Shown here piece by piece: positions 8,434 through 17,216 of a DNA stretch of 64,000 nucleotides. The translations under genes were made by a program, and so were the position numbers. The stretch's first letter is position 1. Each line of letters begins with the position of its first letter. Source of the DNA: an uncultured Planctomycetales bacterium (GTDB lineage: Bacteria > Omnitrophota > Gorgyraeia > Zapsychrales > Zapsychraceae); the NCBI GenBank assembly GCA_964535935.1, contig CAZHWM010000028.1, forward strand, positions 26,744 through 90,743, given 5' to 3'. The notes under the pieces were generated by a model that saw only the letters and a program-made list of their open reading frames with translations, did no database searches and was not told the DNA's origin.

Positions 8434-8955
8434 TCACACATTTGAAAAATCTAGCTTTTCAAGGATATCCATATCTTCTAATAAATCTAAATGTGCAATA
8501 AGGTCATAATTTTCAACCAAATCAATATTATCTAACATATCAATATCAATCCCCTCTTTATTTAACTGAGAAATCACAGCATCATCACTCCCATTACGAT
8601 AACTGTATAAATATAAAGAACCTGTTGCTATAATTATGATTACAAGTGTCACTACTGTTACAGGAAATAAGTTAACACGATATGGAATACCCAAGATATA
8701 TTTTATCTTCCTTAAAATCCTCTCATACCATGTTTCTGACAAAGATAACCTTGTCCAAAAACGAGATATATAGCCTGGTTCAGGTTTAATCCCTTCCCAT
8801 AATGATAATACATTCCATATCTTCTTATCTGCCTCAAACTGTTTATGACATTCAATACATCCCTTAATATGCATAGATATAGCATCTCGCTGTTTATCAG
8901 GCAGACTATCTTCTAGATAAGCAGGTATTAACTGTTTCACCTCATCACAATTCAT
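8434..8955 (-). CDS. Anti-sigma factor (zf-HC2/ZAS type), single-pass, with acidic hexad-repeat external tail
   Basis: HxxxCxxC motif (HIKGCIEC). One TM around residues 96-118. C-terminal tail is IDMLDN IDLVEN YDLIAH LDLLED MDILEK LDF. Immediately downstream of the ECF sigma gene. Confidence 0.85.
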   Translation of the reverse strand: MNCDEVKQLIPAYLEDSLPDKQRDAISMHIKGCIECHKQFEADKKIWNVLSLWEGIKPEPGYISRFWTRLSLSETWYERILRKIKYILGIPYRVNLFPVTVVTLVIIIIATGSLYLYSYRNGSDDAVISQLNKEGIDIDMLDNIDLVENYDLIAHLDLLEDMDILEKLDFSNV

Positions 8956-9012
8956 CTATCAGTCCTCCTATTTATTTTAACACACAACATCAGTAAAAGT
9001 TTCGCTACATTA

Positions 9013-9660
9013 TTAGGATTCCCCTTTCCAATATGAACTCAAAGTATTTCTTAGGTTCTCTCTTGCCCTGCTTAATAATGACTTAACTGCAGAAACTGAT
9101 ATCCCCATAGTAGAAGCTATTTCTTCATAAGAAAAATTCTCATATCTTCGTAAAATAACTGCAATTCTTTGATTTTTAGGTAATAAAGATATAGCAGTTC
9201 TAATTACATCTGTGATTTCTTCCCTTCTAAGATTATGATCCGCTGGCTCAGCATTATCATTCATAACATATGTATAGCCATTCAAATCCTCGTAAATAGA
9301 AGCATCAAGAGATAGTGCGCTGTTATTATTACGCCTAACTTCATTAAGACTTATGTTCCTTGCTATCGTATACAACCATGTTCGAAATTTTGCTTTAGGG
9401 ATATATCTGTTCCCACTATTGTATACCTTAATAAAAACCTCCTGGGTAAGTTCCTCCGCTATATCTCTGTTGTTGGTAAATCTATAAATAAAATTCATAA
9501 CACGGGAGAAATACTTTTTCATAAGATGCTCAAATGCAAATTTATTTCCTTTACTAAATTCTATCATTAGCAATGTATCTGGGTCATCCAAATATGTATC
9601 GGAAGATAATTTTTTTAATGGAGTAGATCTTTTTTTTGAAAAAAGGGAATGGATATTCAT
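9013..9660 (-). CDS. RNA polymerase sigma-70 family, ECF subfamily
   Basis: Region 2 (AEELTQEVFIKVY ... FRTWLYTIARN) and region 4 HTH (FSYEEIASTMGISVSAVKSLLSRAR). Confidence 0.9.
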   Translation of the reverse strand: MNIHSLFSKKRSTPLKKLSSDTYLDDPDTLLMIEFSKGNKFAFEHLMKKYFSRVMNFIYRFTNNRDIAEELTQEVFIKVYNSGNRYIPKAKFRTWLYTIARNISLNEVRRNNNSALSLDASIYEDLNGYTYVMNDNAEPADHNLRREEITDVIRTAISLLPKNQRIAVILRRYENFSYEEIASTMGISVSAVKSLLSRARENLRNTLSSYWKGES

Positions 9661-9721
9661 AATTATCTTTATTATATTTTTGGAAGGGAACCTGCGTAAA
9701 AATATATTTTTACTTTCTTTT

Positions 9722-10333
9722 CTATATTATATCCTTAGAAACTAAATTTTGTTGTCTAACAAATTCCTGTATACGATATCTCTCTACACATAAAAATGCC
9801 TTAATACGAGATATATCACCATTAGAAAGCAAAGAAGGGACGAATGTCGTCCTGAATTCATAATCAAGACCTGACTTTTTAATAATATCAATACTTCTTT
9901 TTATCTTATCAATATCTACTTTTACTCCGGCAAGTGTATTATACTTTTCAAATGGGGCCTTTACATCCATAGCTATAAAATCAACAAGACTACGATGTAT
10001 ACTCTCTTCCAATAAATCAGGGTTAGCACCGTTGGTATCAAGTTTTATAAAATAACCCATATCTCTTATTTGACGTAAGAAAGGGATAAGTTCTTCCTGT
10101 ACAGTAGGCTCTCCTCCTGTAATTACCACACCCTCTAACTTACCACACCGTCTTTTCAGAAAATCAAGTATTTCTCCCTCTCTAATACATAGAGAAAATT
10201 TCTCCGGCAGGACAAGTTCTGGATTATGACAAAAAGGACAACGAAAATTACATCCCTGCGTAAAGATAACTGCTGAGACCTTGCCAGGATAATCAATAAC
10301 TGAGGTTTTGATTAAACCGCCTATCTGAAGCAT
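9722..10333 (-). CDS. nrdG: Anaerobic ribonucleoside-triphosphate reductase activating protein (radical SAM)
   Basis: GCNFRCPFCHNPE cluster motif. ITGGEP SAM motif. Located downstream of nrdD. Confidence 0.9.
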   Translation of the reverse strand: MLQIGGLIKTSVIDYPGKVSAVIFTQGCNFRCPFCHNPELVLPEKFSLCIREGEILDFLKRRCGKLEGVVITGGEPTVQEELIPFLRQIRDMGYFIKLDTNGANPDLLEESIHRSLVDFIAMDVKAPFEKYNTLAGVKVDIDKIKRSIDIIKKSGLDYEFRTTFVPSLLSNGDISRIKAFLCVERYRIQEFVRQQNLVSKDII

Positions 10334-10382
10334 GCTCCTTCTCCTTAACCCTTCGTCTCTAATGCATACTATTTCATATACA

Positions 10383-10410
10383 AATTAGGGGAAGATATCT
10401 TCCCCTAATT
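10383..10410 (-). other. Perfect 28-bp palindrome (12-bp stem, 4-nt loop) between nrdD and nrdG
   Basis: aattaggggaagatatcttcccctaatt is its own reverse complement. It lies 31 nt after the nrdD stop and 49 nt before the nrdG start. No clean U-run follows on the minus strand. Confidence 0.85.
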
Positions 10411-10441
10411 CGTATTAATAATTTTTTAAGGATATATCATA

Positions 10442-12586
10442 TCAAACACCTGTTGTTGCAAGGCCTCCTTTAGGCTCTGAGTTTTTTAATCTATAAGTCT
10501 TTCTTTTGTGAAATTCCTCTTGTTTGCCATTATTCCATTGCTGAACTGGCCTTAAATATCCAACAACTCGTGAATATACCTCACACTGGCTTTCACAACG
10601 ATCACAAAATTTATGTTCACCAGCTACATATCCACAATTCGGACATATACTAAAAGTTGGAGTAATAGTGAAATATGGAAGCCTGTATCTTTCACATATT
10701 ATACGAATAAGAGATTTTAACCCTGCCGGATCTTCTATCTTCTCTCCTACAAATCCATGAAATACCGTCCCTCCTGTATAACGCGCCTGTAAAGGATCCT
10801 GTATATCCAGGACTTCAAATATATCATCCGAAAAGTTTACTGGTAGATGAGTGGAATTTGTATAAAATGGTTCAGCACCATTACGAAAATCCATTTCATT
10901 TGCACATATAATATCTGGACAAACTTGTTTATCTATCTTAGCCAACCGATATGAGGCACCTTCCGCAGGGGTTGCCTCCAAATTATATATATGTCCTGTT
11001 TCTTCTTGTATCTCAACAAGTCTATTTCTAATGTAATCAAGGACCTTTGCCGCAAACTCCCGACCTTTTTGGGTTGATATATCTTCTCCAAAGAGGTTCA
11101 AACATGCCTCATTCATACCGATTAATCCTATAGTAGAAAAATGATTACTCCAATACTGGCCAGTTCTCTTTTTAATATTTCTTAAAAAGAACTTCATATA
11201 AGGATATAGATTATCTTCAGAGAATTTCTCTAATACCTTTCGTTTGATCTCAAGACTCTCCTTCGCAAGCTGTATCTTTTCTTCTAATTTTTGAAAGAAA
11301 TCCTCCTCACTATCAGCAAGAAAACCTATTCTTGGCATATTTATTGTAACCACACCTATTGACCCGGTTAAAGGAGACGCACCAAAGAGTCCCCCCCCTC
11401 TTTTTCTTAATTCTCTATTGTCTATACGCAACCTGCAACACATGCTTCTAGCATCTTCAGGGGACATATCAGAATTAATAAAATTAGAAAAATACGGTAT
11501 ACCATATTTTGCAGTAACCTCCCAAAGTTTCTCTAACGCAGGATTGTCCCAGTCAAAGTCATGAGTAATATTATAGGTTGGTATAGGAAATGTAAATACT
11601 CTGCCTTTTGCATCTCCCTCACCCATTACCTCCAAGAATGCCTTATTGAGCATATCCATCTCTTTCTGAAATTCCTTATAGGTCTTATCTTGTATCTGGC
11701 CTCCTATCACAACCCCTTGATCTGCAAAATAATCCGGAACTACCACATCCATTGTGATATTAGTAAATGGTGTCTGGAATCCTACACGTGTAGGAACATT
11801 AATGTTAAATACAAACTCCTGTAAAGCCTGTTTTACTTCTTCATAACTAAGATTGTCATAATATATAAAAGGGGCAAGCAGTGTATCGAAATTAGAAAAT
11901 GCCTGTGCACCTGATGCCTCTCCCTGCAAGGTATAGAAAAAATTGACCACCTGCCCTAAAGCACTTCTCAAATGTCTTGCTGGCCTAGATTCCATCTTGC
12001 CTGAAGCACCTTTAAAACCACTGGTGAGTAAATCCATAAGATCCCATCCAACACAATAAACACTTATTAATCCCAAATCATGTATATGAAAATCCCCTTT
12101 TTGATGTGCTTCTTTTATTTTAGGAGGGTATATTTTATTAAGCCAATAAACTTTACTTATCTCTGAAGAAACATATTGATTTAATCCTTGAAGGGAGAAT
12201 GCCATATTACTGTTTTCATTAACTTTCCAGTCTAATTTACAAAGATACTGTTCAACAAGGTTAACATTACTTCTAGAACTTATCTCTCTAATCTTCGCAT
12301 GTTGATCCCGATATATAATATAAGCCTTGGCAGTTTTCTTATAGGTAGAAGATAAAAGAACTTCTTCTACTATATCTTGTATCTCCTCAACCGTAGGATA
12401 TCTATCCGTAAACAACTGCTGGGCAAGGTTTAACACCCGCAATGCCAATTTCTTTGCCATAACCTCAGAAAACTCGCCTGAAGCCTCTCCTGCCCGCTGG
12501 ATTGCCCTAATTATCTTCCGGGAGTCAAAATCTTCTTCTTTGCCATTTCTTTTGATAATCCTTGTTAAAACTTCTGTTACTTTCAT
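10442..12586 (-). CDS. nrdD: Anaerobic ribonucleoside-triphosphate reductase (class III), with N-terminal ATP-cone
   Basis: ATP-cone N-terminus (VIKRNGKEEDFDSRKI). C-terminal Zn-ribbon CPNCG...CDRC. Glycyl-radical motif SRVVGYLRP. Confidence 0.95.
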   Translation of the reverse strand: MKVTEVLTRIIKRNGKEEDFDSRKIIRAIQRAGEASGEFSEVMAKKLALRVLNLAQQLFTDRYPTVEEIQDIVEEVLLSSTYKKTAKAYIIYRDQHAKIREISSRSNVNLVEQYLCKLDWKVNENSNMAFSLQGLNQYVSSEISKVYWLNKIYPPKIKEAHQKGDFHIHDLGLISVYCVGWDLMDLLTSGFKGASGKMESRPARHLRSALGQVVNFFYTLQGEASGAQAFSNFDTLLAPFIYYDNLSYEEVKQALQEFVFNINVPTRVGFQTPFTNITMDVVVPDYFADQGVVIGGQIQDKTYKEFQKEMDMLNKAFLEVMGEGDAKGRVFTFPIPTYNITHDFDWDNPALEKLWEVTAKYGIPYFSNFINSDMSPEDARSMCCRLRIDNRELRKRGGGLFGASPLTGSIGVVTINMPRIGFLADSEEDFFQKLEEKIQLAKESLEIKRKVLEKFSEDNLYPYMKFFLRNIKKRTGQYWSNHFSTIGLIGMNEACLNLFGEDISTQKGREFAAKVLDYIRNRLVEIQEETGHIYNLEATPAEGASYRLAKIDKQVCPDIICANEMDFRNGAEPFYTNSTHLPVNFSDDIFEVLDIQDPLQARYTGGTVFHGFVGEKIEDPAGLKSLIRIICERYRLPYFTITPTFSICPNCGYVAGEHKFCDRCESQCEVYSRVVGYLRPVQQWNNGKQEEFHKRKTYRLKNSEPKGGLATTGV

Positions 12587-12656
12587 AAAACCCCCCTCCC
12601 TTTCTTCTCAAAAATTATATTTAATTAAAAAGACTTAAAACTTTTTCTCTATATTC

Positions 12657-12684
12657 AATATACACACTATATATTGTGTGTCAA
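12657..12684 (-). promoter_or_regulatory. Sigma-70-type promoter of nrdDG (TTGACA-N16-TATATT on the minus strand)
   Basis: Minus-strand read is ttgaca cacaatatatagtgtg tatatt, about 70 nt upstream of the nrdD ATG. A strong GGAGG lies just before the ATG. Confidence 0.7.
12663..12680. promoter_or_regulatory. NrdR-box-like palindrome 1 (occupies the promoter spacer)
   Basis: cacactatatattgtgtg matches the published NrdR box consensus acaCwAtATaTwGtgt. Confidence 0.8.
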
Positions 12685-12694
12685 GTATTTTTTA

Positions 12695-12710
12695 ATACAA
12701 TATATAGTAT
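12695..12710. promoter_or_regulatory. NrdR-box-like palindrome 2
   Basis: atacaatatatagtat. Centre-to-centre distance to box 1 is 31 bp, the usual tandem NrdR-box phasing. Confidence 0.75.
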
Positions 12711-12727
12711 CAAATTATCTTTTTCTC

Positions 12728-13576
12728 TTAAGAAACATCAAATAAACCATGCCTTTTAGTAGTATCCTCAATATTTAATGCCTTCACCTTTTTTTTCTCT
12801 ACATCATAAACTGATATCACTGGCATTCCTTTAAAATAACCTCTTATTACATCCATTTGCTCTCGTGTCAAAGCTGATACAGCTGATGGCCTCAATGGTG
12901 TATTTAATTGAATCTCATCGGGCTTAAGCATCCTAACAATATCCGAGATATCTTTTGCATACCTCTGGTTTTGCTCTATAAACATTATCTGCAATGCTAA
13001 TCTTCCTGAAAAGTCCTTTTTAAACAGTTCAATCCCCTTAATAATAGAATCAAATCTTATACCCTCAGCTGGATGATTAACCGACTCCATCAACTCCTGG
13101 TTGCATACATCCAGCTTTGCCAGGACACAGTCGGACAAACATAAATCTTGCCGAACATCAGCATATTCCAAAAATGAAGAATTCGTTATAACTGCGATCT
13201 TCGCAGCTCCTATAACCTTTCTAAGACCCCTTATCATCTCTCCTAAATTAGAAGCAAGGCATGGCTCTCCTGCACCAGAAAAGGTATAGTAATCTATATT
13301 ATTAGATGTATTATCAGAGAAGGCTGTTATCTCCTCCAAGATATCTCTAACAGGGACAAATTCTTGTCTTTTTAAAAAAAATTGTCTAGTGGGACCGAGT
13401 TGACAATATCTACAATCAAAGTTACATATCTTTTGATGATTTTTCGTTTTATATACCCCCTTATTATCACATGAAAAATAGATAGGATCTATCCCTAATG
13501 ACACACCTAATCTCCATGAATATACAGGACCAAATATATATTTAAACCTTCTTCCTATCATAGTGATACTCTTCAC
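12728..13576 (-). CDS. Radical SAM protein (COG0731-like, unknown substrate)
   Basis: CNFDCRYCQ CxxxCxxC motif. FGPVYSWRLGVSLGID N-terminal motif. GAGEP SAM-binding motif. The start is GTG at 13576 or ATG at 13561. Confidence 0.8.
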   Translation of the reverse strand: MKSITMIGRRFKYIFGPVYSWRLGVSLGIDPIYFSCDNKGVYKTKNHQKICNFDCRYCQLGPTRQFFLKRQEFVPVRDILEEITAFSDNTSNNIDYYTFSGAGEPCLASNLGEMIRGLRKVIGAAKIAVITNSSFLEYADVRQDLCLSDCVLAKLDVCNQELMESVNHPAEGIRFDSIIKGIELFKKDFSGRLALQIMFIEQNQRYAKDISDIVRMLKPDEIQLNTPLRPSAVSALTREQMDVIRGYFKGMPVISVYDVEKKKVKALNIEDTTKRHGLFDVS

Positions 13577-13833
13577 ATAAGTAATAAGAAAGAAAGGGCG
13601 CTCTTAAAAACAATTCCAATCCGTGGCAGTTATTGATAAAGGAGGACCCCAACATTCAAAATAGTTTACTAGCTGCAATGAAAATTCTGACATAATTACA
13701 TATTAGGAAGGATACAACAAAATATGAGTTATATTATAGTGCTTATAGATAATATTTCCAGTAAAAATTATTCAAATTTCAACAGATTGGCAGGAGAATT
13801 ACTAAAAAATCCGTTCTCTATCTATATACCTTC

Positions 13834-14550
13834 CTATCTATTGATTTTCTTTTTCCCTCTATATAAAAGTTTCCATGGATGCAATTTCAGATCATATGTC
13901 ATTTCCTCCAGATTCTGCGCAGCAGCATTAAGATTTTCTAATATATCATCAACATTATCTTTATTTGTCCTTAATCTATTCTCGATGTTATCTGTTATCA
14001 AGGATATATTCCGTGTAGTATCATTAATATTTGCCAATATTTCATCAATAGTCTTACTATTATTTTTTAACCTTTCATTTATATTCTCTGTAATCTCCTT
14101 TAATTGAGTAGCTATATGTTTACCATCCCTTAACAAGCCTTCAAAATCAGGAGGCTCTTCTCCTATAATGATATCACCTGATTTAAGATATCCTGAGTCT
14201 TTTTTTGATGATATAAGTCCTATATATTTCTCCCCCATAAAACCCAAATTTTTAACAAAAGCCTTAATTCCTTTATGAAGTCTGATTCCATCTTTTATCC
14301 ACAACGTTACTTCTATTAATGTTCTATCTTTTGTTTCTCGAATTGCAATATCTTTAACAATGCCTATCTCAAATCCATTAAACATAACAGGAGAGTTTAA
14401 AGCTATGCCATCAATATTCTTAAAGTAAACCCTTACAGTATAACCATTTCCCAAAAAACGAAAGTCCCCTGCTTTGATAGTCAAAAATACTAAGAATACA
14501 ATAGCAACCACCACCATTAATCCTACTTTAACTTCATTACTAATCTTCAT
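13834..14550 (-). CDS. mlaD: MlaD / MCE-domain protein (outer-membrane lipid asymmetry system)
   Basis: N-terminal TM plus MCE domain. Follows the mlaE and mlaF homologs. Confidence 0.85.
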   Translation of the reverse strand: MKISNEVKVGLMVVVAIVFLVFLTIKAGDFRFLGNGYTVRVYFKNIDGIALNSPVMFNGFEIGIVKDIAIRETKDRTLIEVTLWIKDGIRLHKGIKAFVKNLGFMGEKYIGLISSKKDSGYLKSGDIIIGEEPPDFEGLLRDGKHIATQLKEITENINERLKNNSKTIDEILANINDTTRNISLITDNIENRLRTNKDNVDDILENLNAAAQNLEEMTYDLKLHPWKLLYRGKKKINR

Positions 14551-14702
14551 ACATATAACTCCTTTTTATCTCCTCTTTCCTTTCTAAAAATTAAAGATAT
14601 GTTAAAGATAACATTAAATTATTATTTAAAAAGATTACCCTATACACTAACTCCATTATCTTAAAATTATTAATCATAACAGACCCACTTAACCTAATAT
14701 TA

Positions 14703-15521
14703 CTAAAGCTTAATAGGTCCTCTCACCTTACCATTTATAAATTGTTGAACTATCTCATTACCCGAATTTCTTATCTGCTCTCTATTCCCCACCTCTAATA
14801 TCCTACCATTGTAAATCATAGCCACCCTATCTGCTATACGAAATACACTTTCCATATTATGGGTTACTACAACTGATGTAATGTTAAGTCTGCGAGCCAA
14901 GTCTACTATTAATGCATCTATAACTGCACATACAATAGGATCTAGGCCTGCTGTAGGTTCATCATAGAATATAACCGAAGGATCCATTGCTATTGCCCTT
15001 GCTATACCAACTCGTTTCCTCATCCCACCAGAAAGTTCATTGGGAAAGTATTCTTCAAATCCCCGCAATCCAACTAAATCCAATTTCATACGAGCTATCA
15101 TGCTAATAATCTTTGGACTCAACCGTGTGTGTTCTTTTAACGGGAGACTTACATTCTCCTCTACTGTAAGAAAATCCAACAACGCGGCAGATTGAAAACT
15201 CATTCCAAATGATTGTCTTATTTTTTCTGCCTCTATTCTATTTAAATTATTGATATCCCTCCCCAAAAAACATACTCTACCGATATCTGGTTTTATTGCC
15301 CCTGTCATAATCCTCAACAATGTACTTTTTCCACTACCCGAGCCTCCCATAATTACAAAAATCTCTCCCTTATATATATCTAAATTGATATCTTCTAGGA
15401 CCTTCCTTCCATGAAAAGACTTACTCACACCTTCTATTGAAATCGCTACCTTATCTGCACTATCTTTCTTATTCTTTATACAATCACCTTTTTTCATACT
15501 TCCGATAAGCTTGTCTTTCAT
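14703..15521 (-). CDS. mlaF: ABC transporter ATP-binding protein MlaF-like
   Basis: Walker A GGSGSGKST, signature LSGGMRKR, Walker B IFYDEPTAGLD. Confidence 0.9.
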   Translation of the reverse strand: MKDKLIGSMKKGDCIKNKKDSADKVAISIEGVSKSFHGRKVLEDINLDIYKGEIFVIMGGSGSGKSTLLRIMTGAIKPDIGRVCFLGRDINNLNRIEAEKIRQSFGMSFQSAALLDFLTVEENVSLPLKEHTRLSPKIISMIARMKLDLVGLRGFEEYFPNELSGGMRKRVGIARAIAMDPSVIFYDEPTAGLDPIVCAVIDALIVDLARRLNITSVVVTHNMESVFRIADRVAMIYNGRILEVGNREQIRNSGNEIVQQFINGKVRGPIKL

Positions 15522-15557
15522 ATTTAACTTATAATTTAATTTTTAAATAGACTAATA

Positions 15558-16361
15558 TTAAACCCCTGAGAAAAAGTATAAGCCTGTTAAAATACAATCA
15601 GCTGCTATTATCAGTATAAAACTAATAACCACACTATCTGTTGTTGATTTACCAACACCTACCGCCCCGCCCTCTGTATTTAAACCATGATACGCACCTA
15701 CCATTGTTATAATAATAGCAAATACAAACGACTTGGACAGACCTGTATAAATATCCTTAAGACTTAAAAATTTCATGGCAGTGTGTATATATAACCCTGA
15801 GTTTATTCCTAAATTAGTTACACCTATAATATATCCGCCCAAAAGTCCCCCTGCGTCTCCTATTACAGTAAGAGTAGGAAGCATAAAAAAAAGGGATATT
15901 AATTTAGGTACTACTAAATATCTAACCGGACTTATACCCATTGTTTCTAACGCCTCTATCTGTTCATTTACCTTCATTGAACCTATCTCTGCAGTAATAG
16001 CCGCACCTATCCTGCCTGCAATAACCAAAGCTGTTAATACGGGACCCAATTCTCGACAGATAGATATACTTACCAGACTGGCAACATAAATTAATCCTCC
16101 CATTTTCTGCAGCTGTATCGCAGACTGCATTGCCAATACCACTCCAGTAAAAAATATAACAAAAAATACTATAATAAGGGAGTTAACCCCCATAAATACC
16201 ATCTGTTCGGACACAGCCTTCCAATCTATAGGTTTTTTACGAAACGGACATATGACAATCCAACGAATAGTCTCAGCTAACAAAAGCAAAAAACCTATAA
16301 ACATACATACATTTCTTATGACACCAGCTCCTATCTTTTCCAATACCGTTAACATACTCAC
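15558..16361 (-). CDS. mlaE: ABC permease MlaE-like
   Basis: MlaE/Ttg2B topology and the conserved EIGSMKVNEQIEALETMGI segment. Confidence 0.88.
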   Translation of the reverse strand: MSMLTVLEKIGAGVIRNVCMFIGFLLLLAETIRWIVICPFRKKPIDWKAVSEQMVFMGVNSLIIVFFVIFFTGVVLAMQSAIQLQKMGGLIYVASLVSISICRELGPVLTALVIAGRIGAAITAEIGSMKVNEQIEALETMGISPVRYLVVPKLISLFFMLPTLTVIGDAGGLLGGYIIGVTNLGINSGLYIHTAMKFLSLKDIYTGLSKSFVFAIIITMVGAYHGLNTEGGAVGVGKSTTDSVVISFILIIAADCILTGLYFFSGV

Positions 16362-16391
16362 TCACACCTTTTAATCAAATTATTATTACCT

Positions 16392-16781
16392 TTATTCTGC
16401 CTTTGATTCTATAACTTTTATCGTATCTAAAAGTTTGTCTATATTAATCGGTTTTGTCAGATATGCATCCGCTCCCATCTCAAAACCTGTTTTTATATCT
16501 TCTATTTCATTTCTTGATGTCAACAATATGATTGCAACATTTTTCCCTTTTTCGTCTGCCTTAAGTAGTCTACAAAAATTATAACCATTGATAATAGGCA
16601 TCATCACATCTAATATAACTAAGTCAGGCAATGTATCCATTGCTATCTGCAAACCATCAGTTGCTTCTGTAACAGCTGAGACCTCATATCCATTAGCCTT
16701 AAGCCGAGCTTCTAACATCTTTACCATTACAGGGTCATCATCAACTATTAATACTTTCTTTATCTTATTTGTTTTCGGCAT
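16392..16781 (-). CDS. Stand-alone response regulator receiver domain (CheY-like)
   Basis: VLIVDDD, phospho-acceptor LVILDVMMP, conserved T (LLTS) and K (LTKP). ATG at 16781 preferred over the TTG at 16805. Confidence 0.88.
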   Translation of the reverse strand: MPKTNKIKKVLIVDDDPVMVKMLEARLKANGYEVSAVTEATDGLQIAMDTLPDLVILDVMMPIINGYNFCRLLKADEKGKNVAIILLTSRNEIEDIKTGFEMGADAYLTKPINIDKLLDTIKVIESKAE

Positions 16782-16837
16782 AATAGATACTCTGCCTCCT
16801 TCCAATAAAAAAATTGTTAATTAAATTTTTGTTTATC

Positions 16838-17143
16838 TCATTTATCAGACTTCTTTTCTGTATTAACATTTTTTCCCTTCAAGACCTTATATACTGCCTT
16901 TCCCTTTTTAACACCTATCTCTACTCCTTTCTTTATCTTCTCTACAACCTCTTCCACTACATCCTCTACTGCAGGTGCCTTTTCTTCTACATATTTTTTT
17001 ACTATTGGTGCCTTCTGTCTAACATTTTGCTTAACCTCCTTAGTATGCCTACCTAAATAAAATCCAACCGCGCCTGCCATAAAAAGTATTATTAAAAACC
17101 ATAAACATCCTGTTTTCCCTTCCCTTCCTTCCATCATATCCAC
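16838..17143 (-). CDS. Small membrane-anchored Lys/Glu/Val-rich protein, unknown function
   Basis: One N-terminal TM (LWFLIILFMAGAVGFYLG), then a charged tail with internal KAPIVKKYVEEKAPAVEDVVEE repetition. Confidence 0.5.
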   Translation of the reverse strand: MDMMEGREGKTGCLWFLIILFMAGAVGFYLGRHTKEVKQNVRQKAPIVKKYVEEKAPAVEDVVEEVVEKIKKGVEIGVKKGKAVYKVLKGKNVNTEKKSDK

Positions 17144-17216
17144 CTCCTTTTACTTAAGCTGATACCAATCAATATAATAATTATTTATAATTAACATTTT
17201 ACCCTTACCATCATTA

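Noticed and set aside
9661-9721. GGAAC element (gggaacctgcgt) as an ECF-type autoregulated promoter of the sigma gene
   Set aside because: The GGAAC is on the plus strand, pointing away from the minus-strand sigma gene, and no CGT-type -10 follows at the right spacing.
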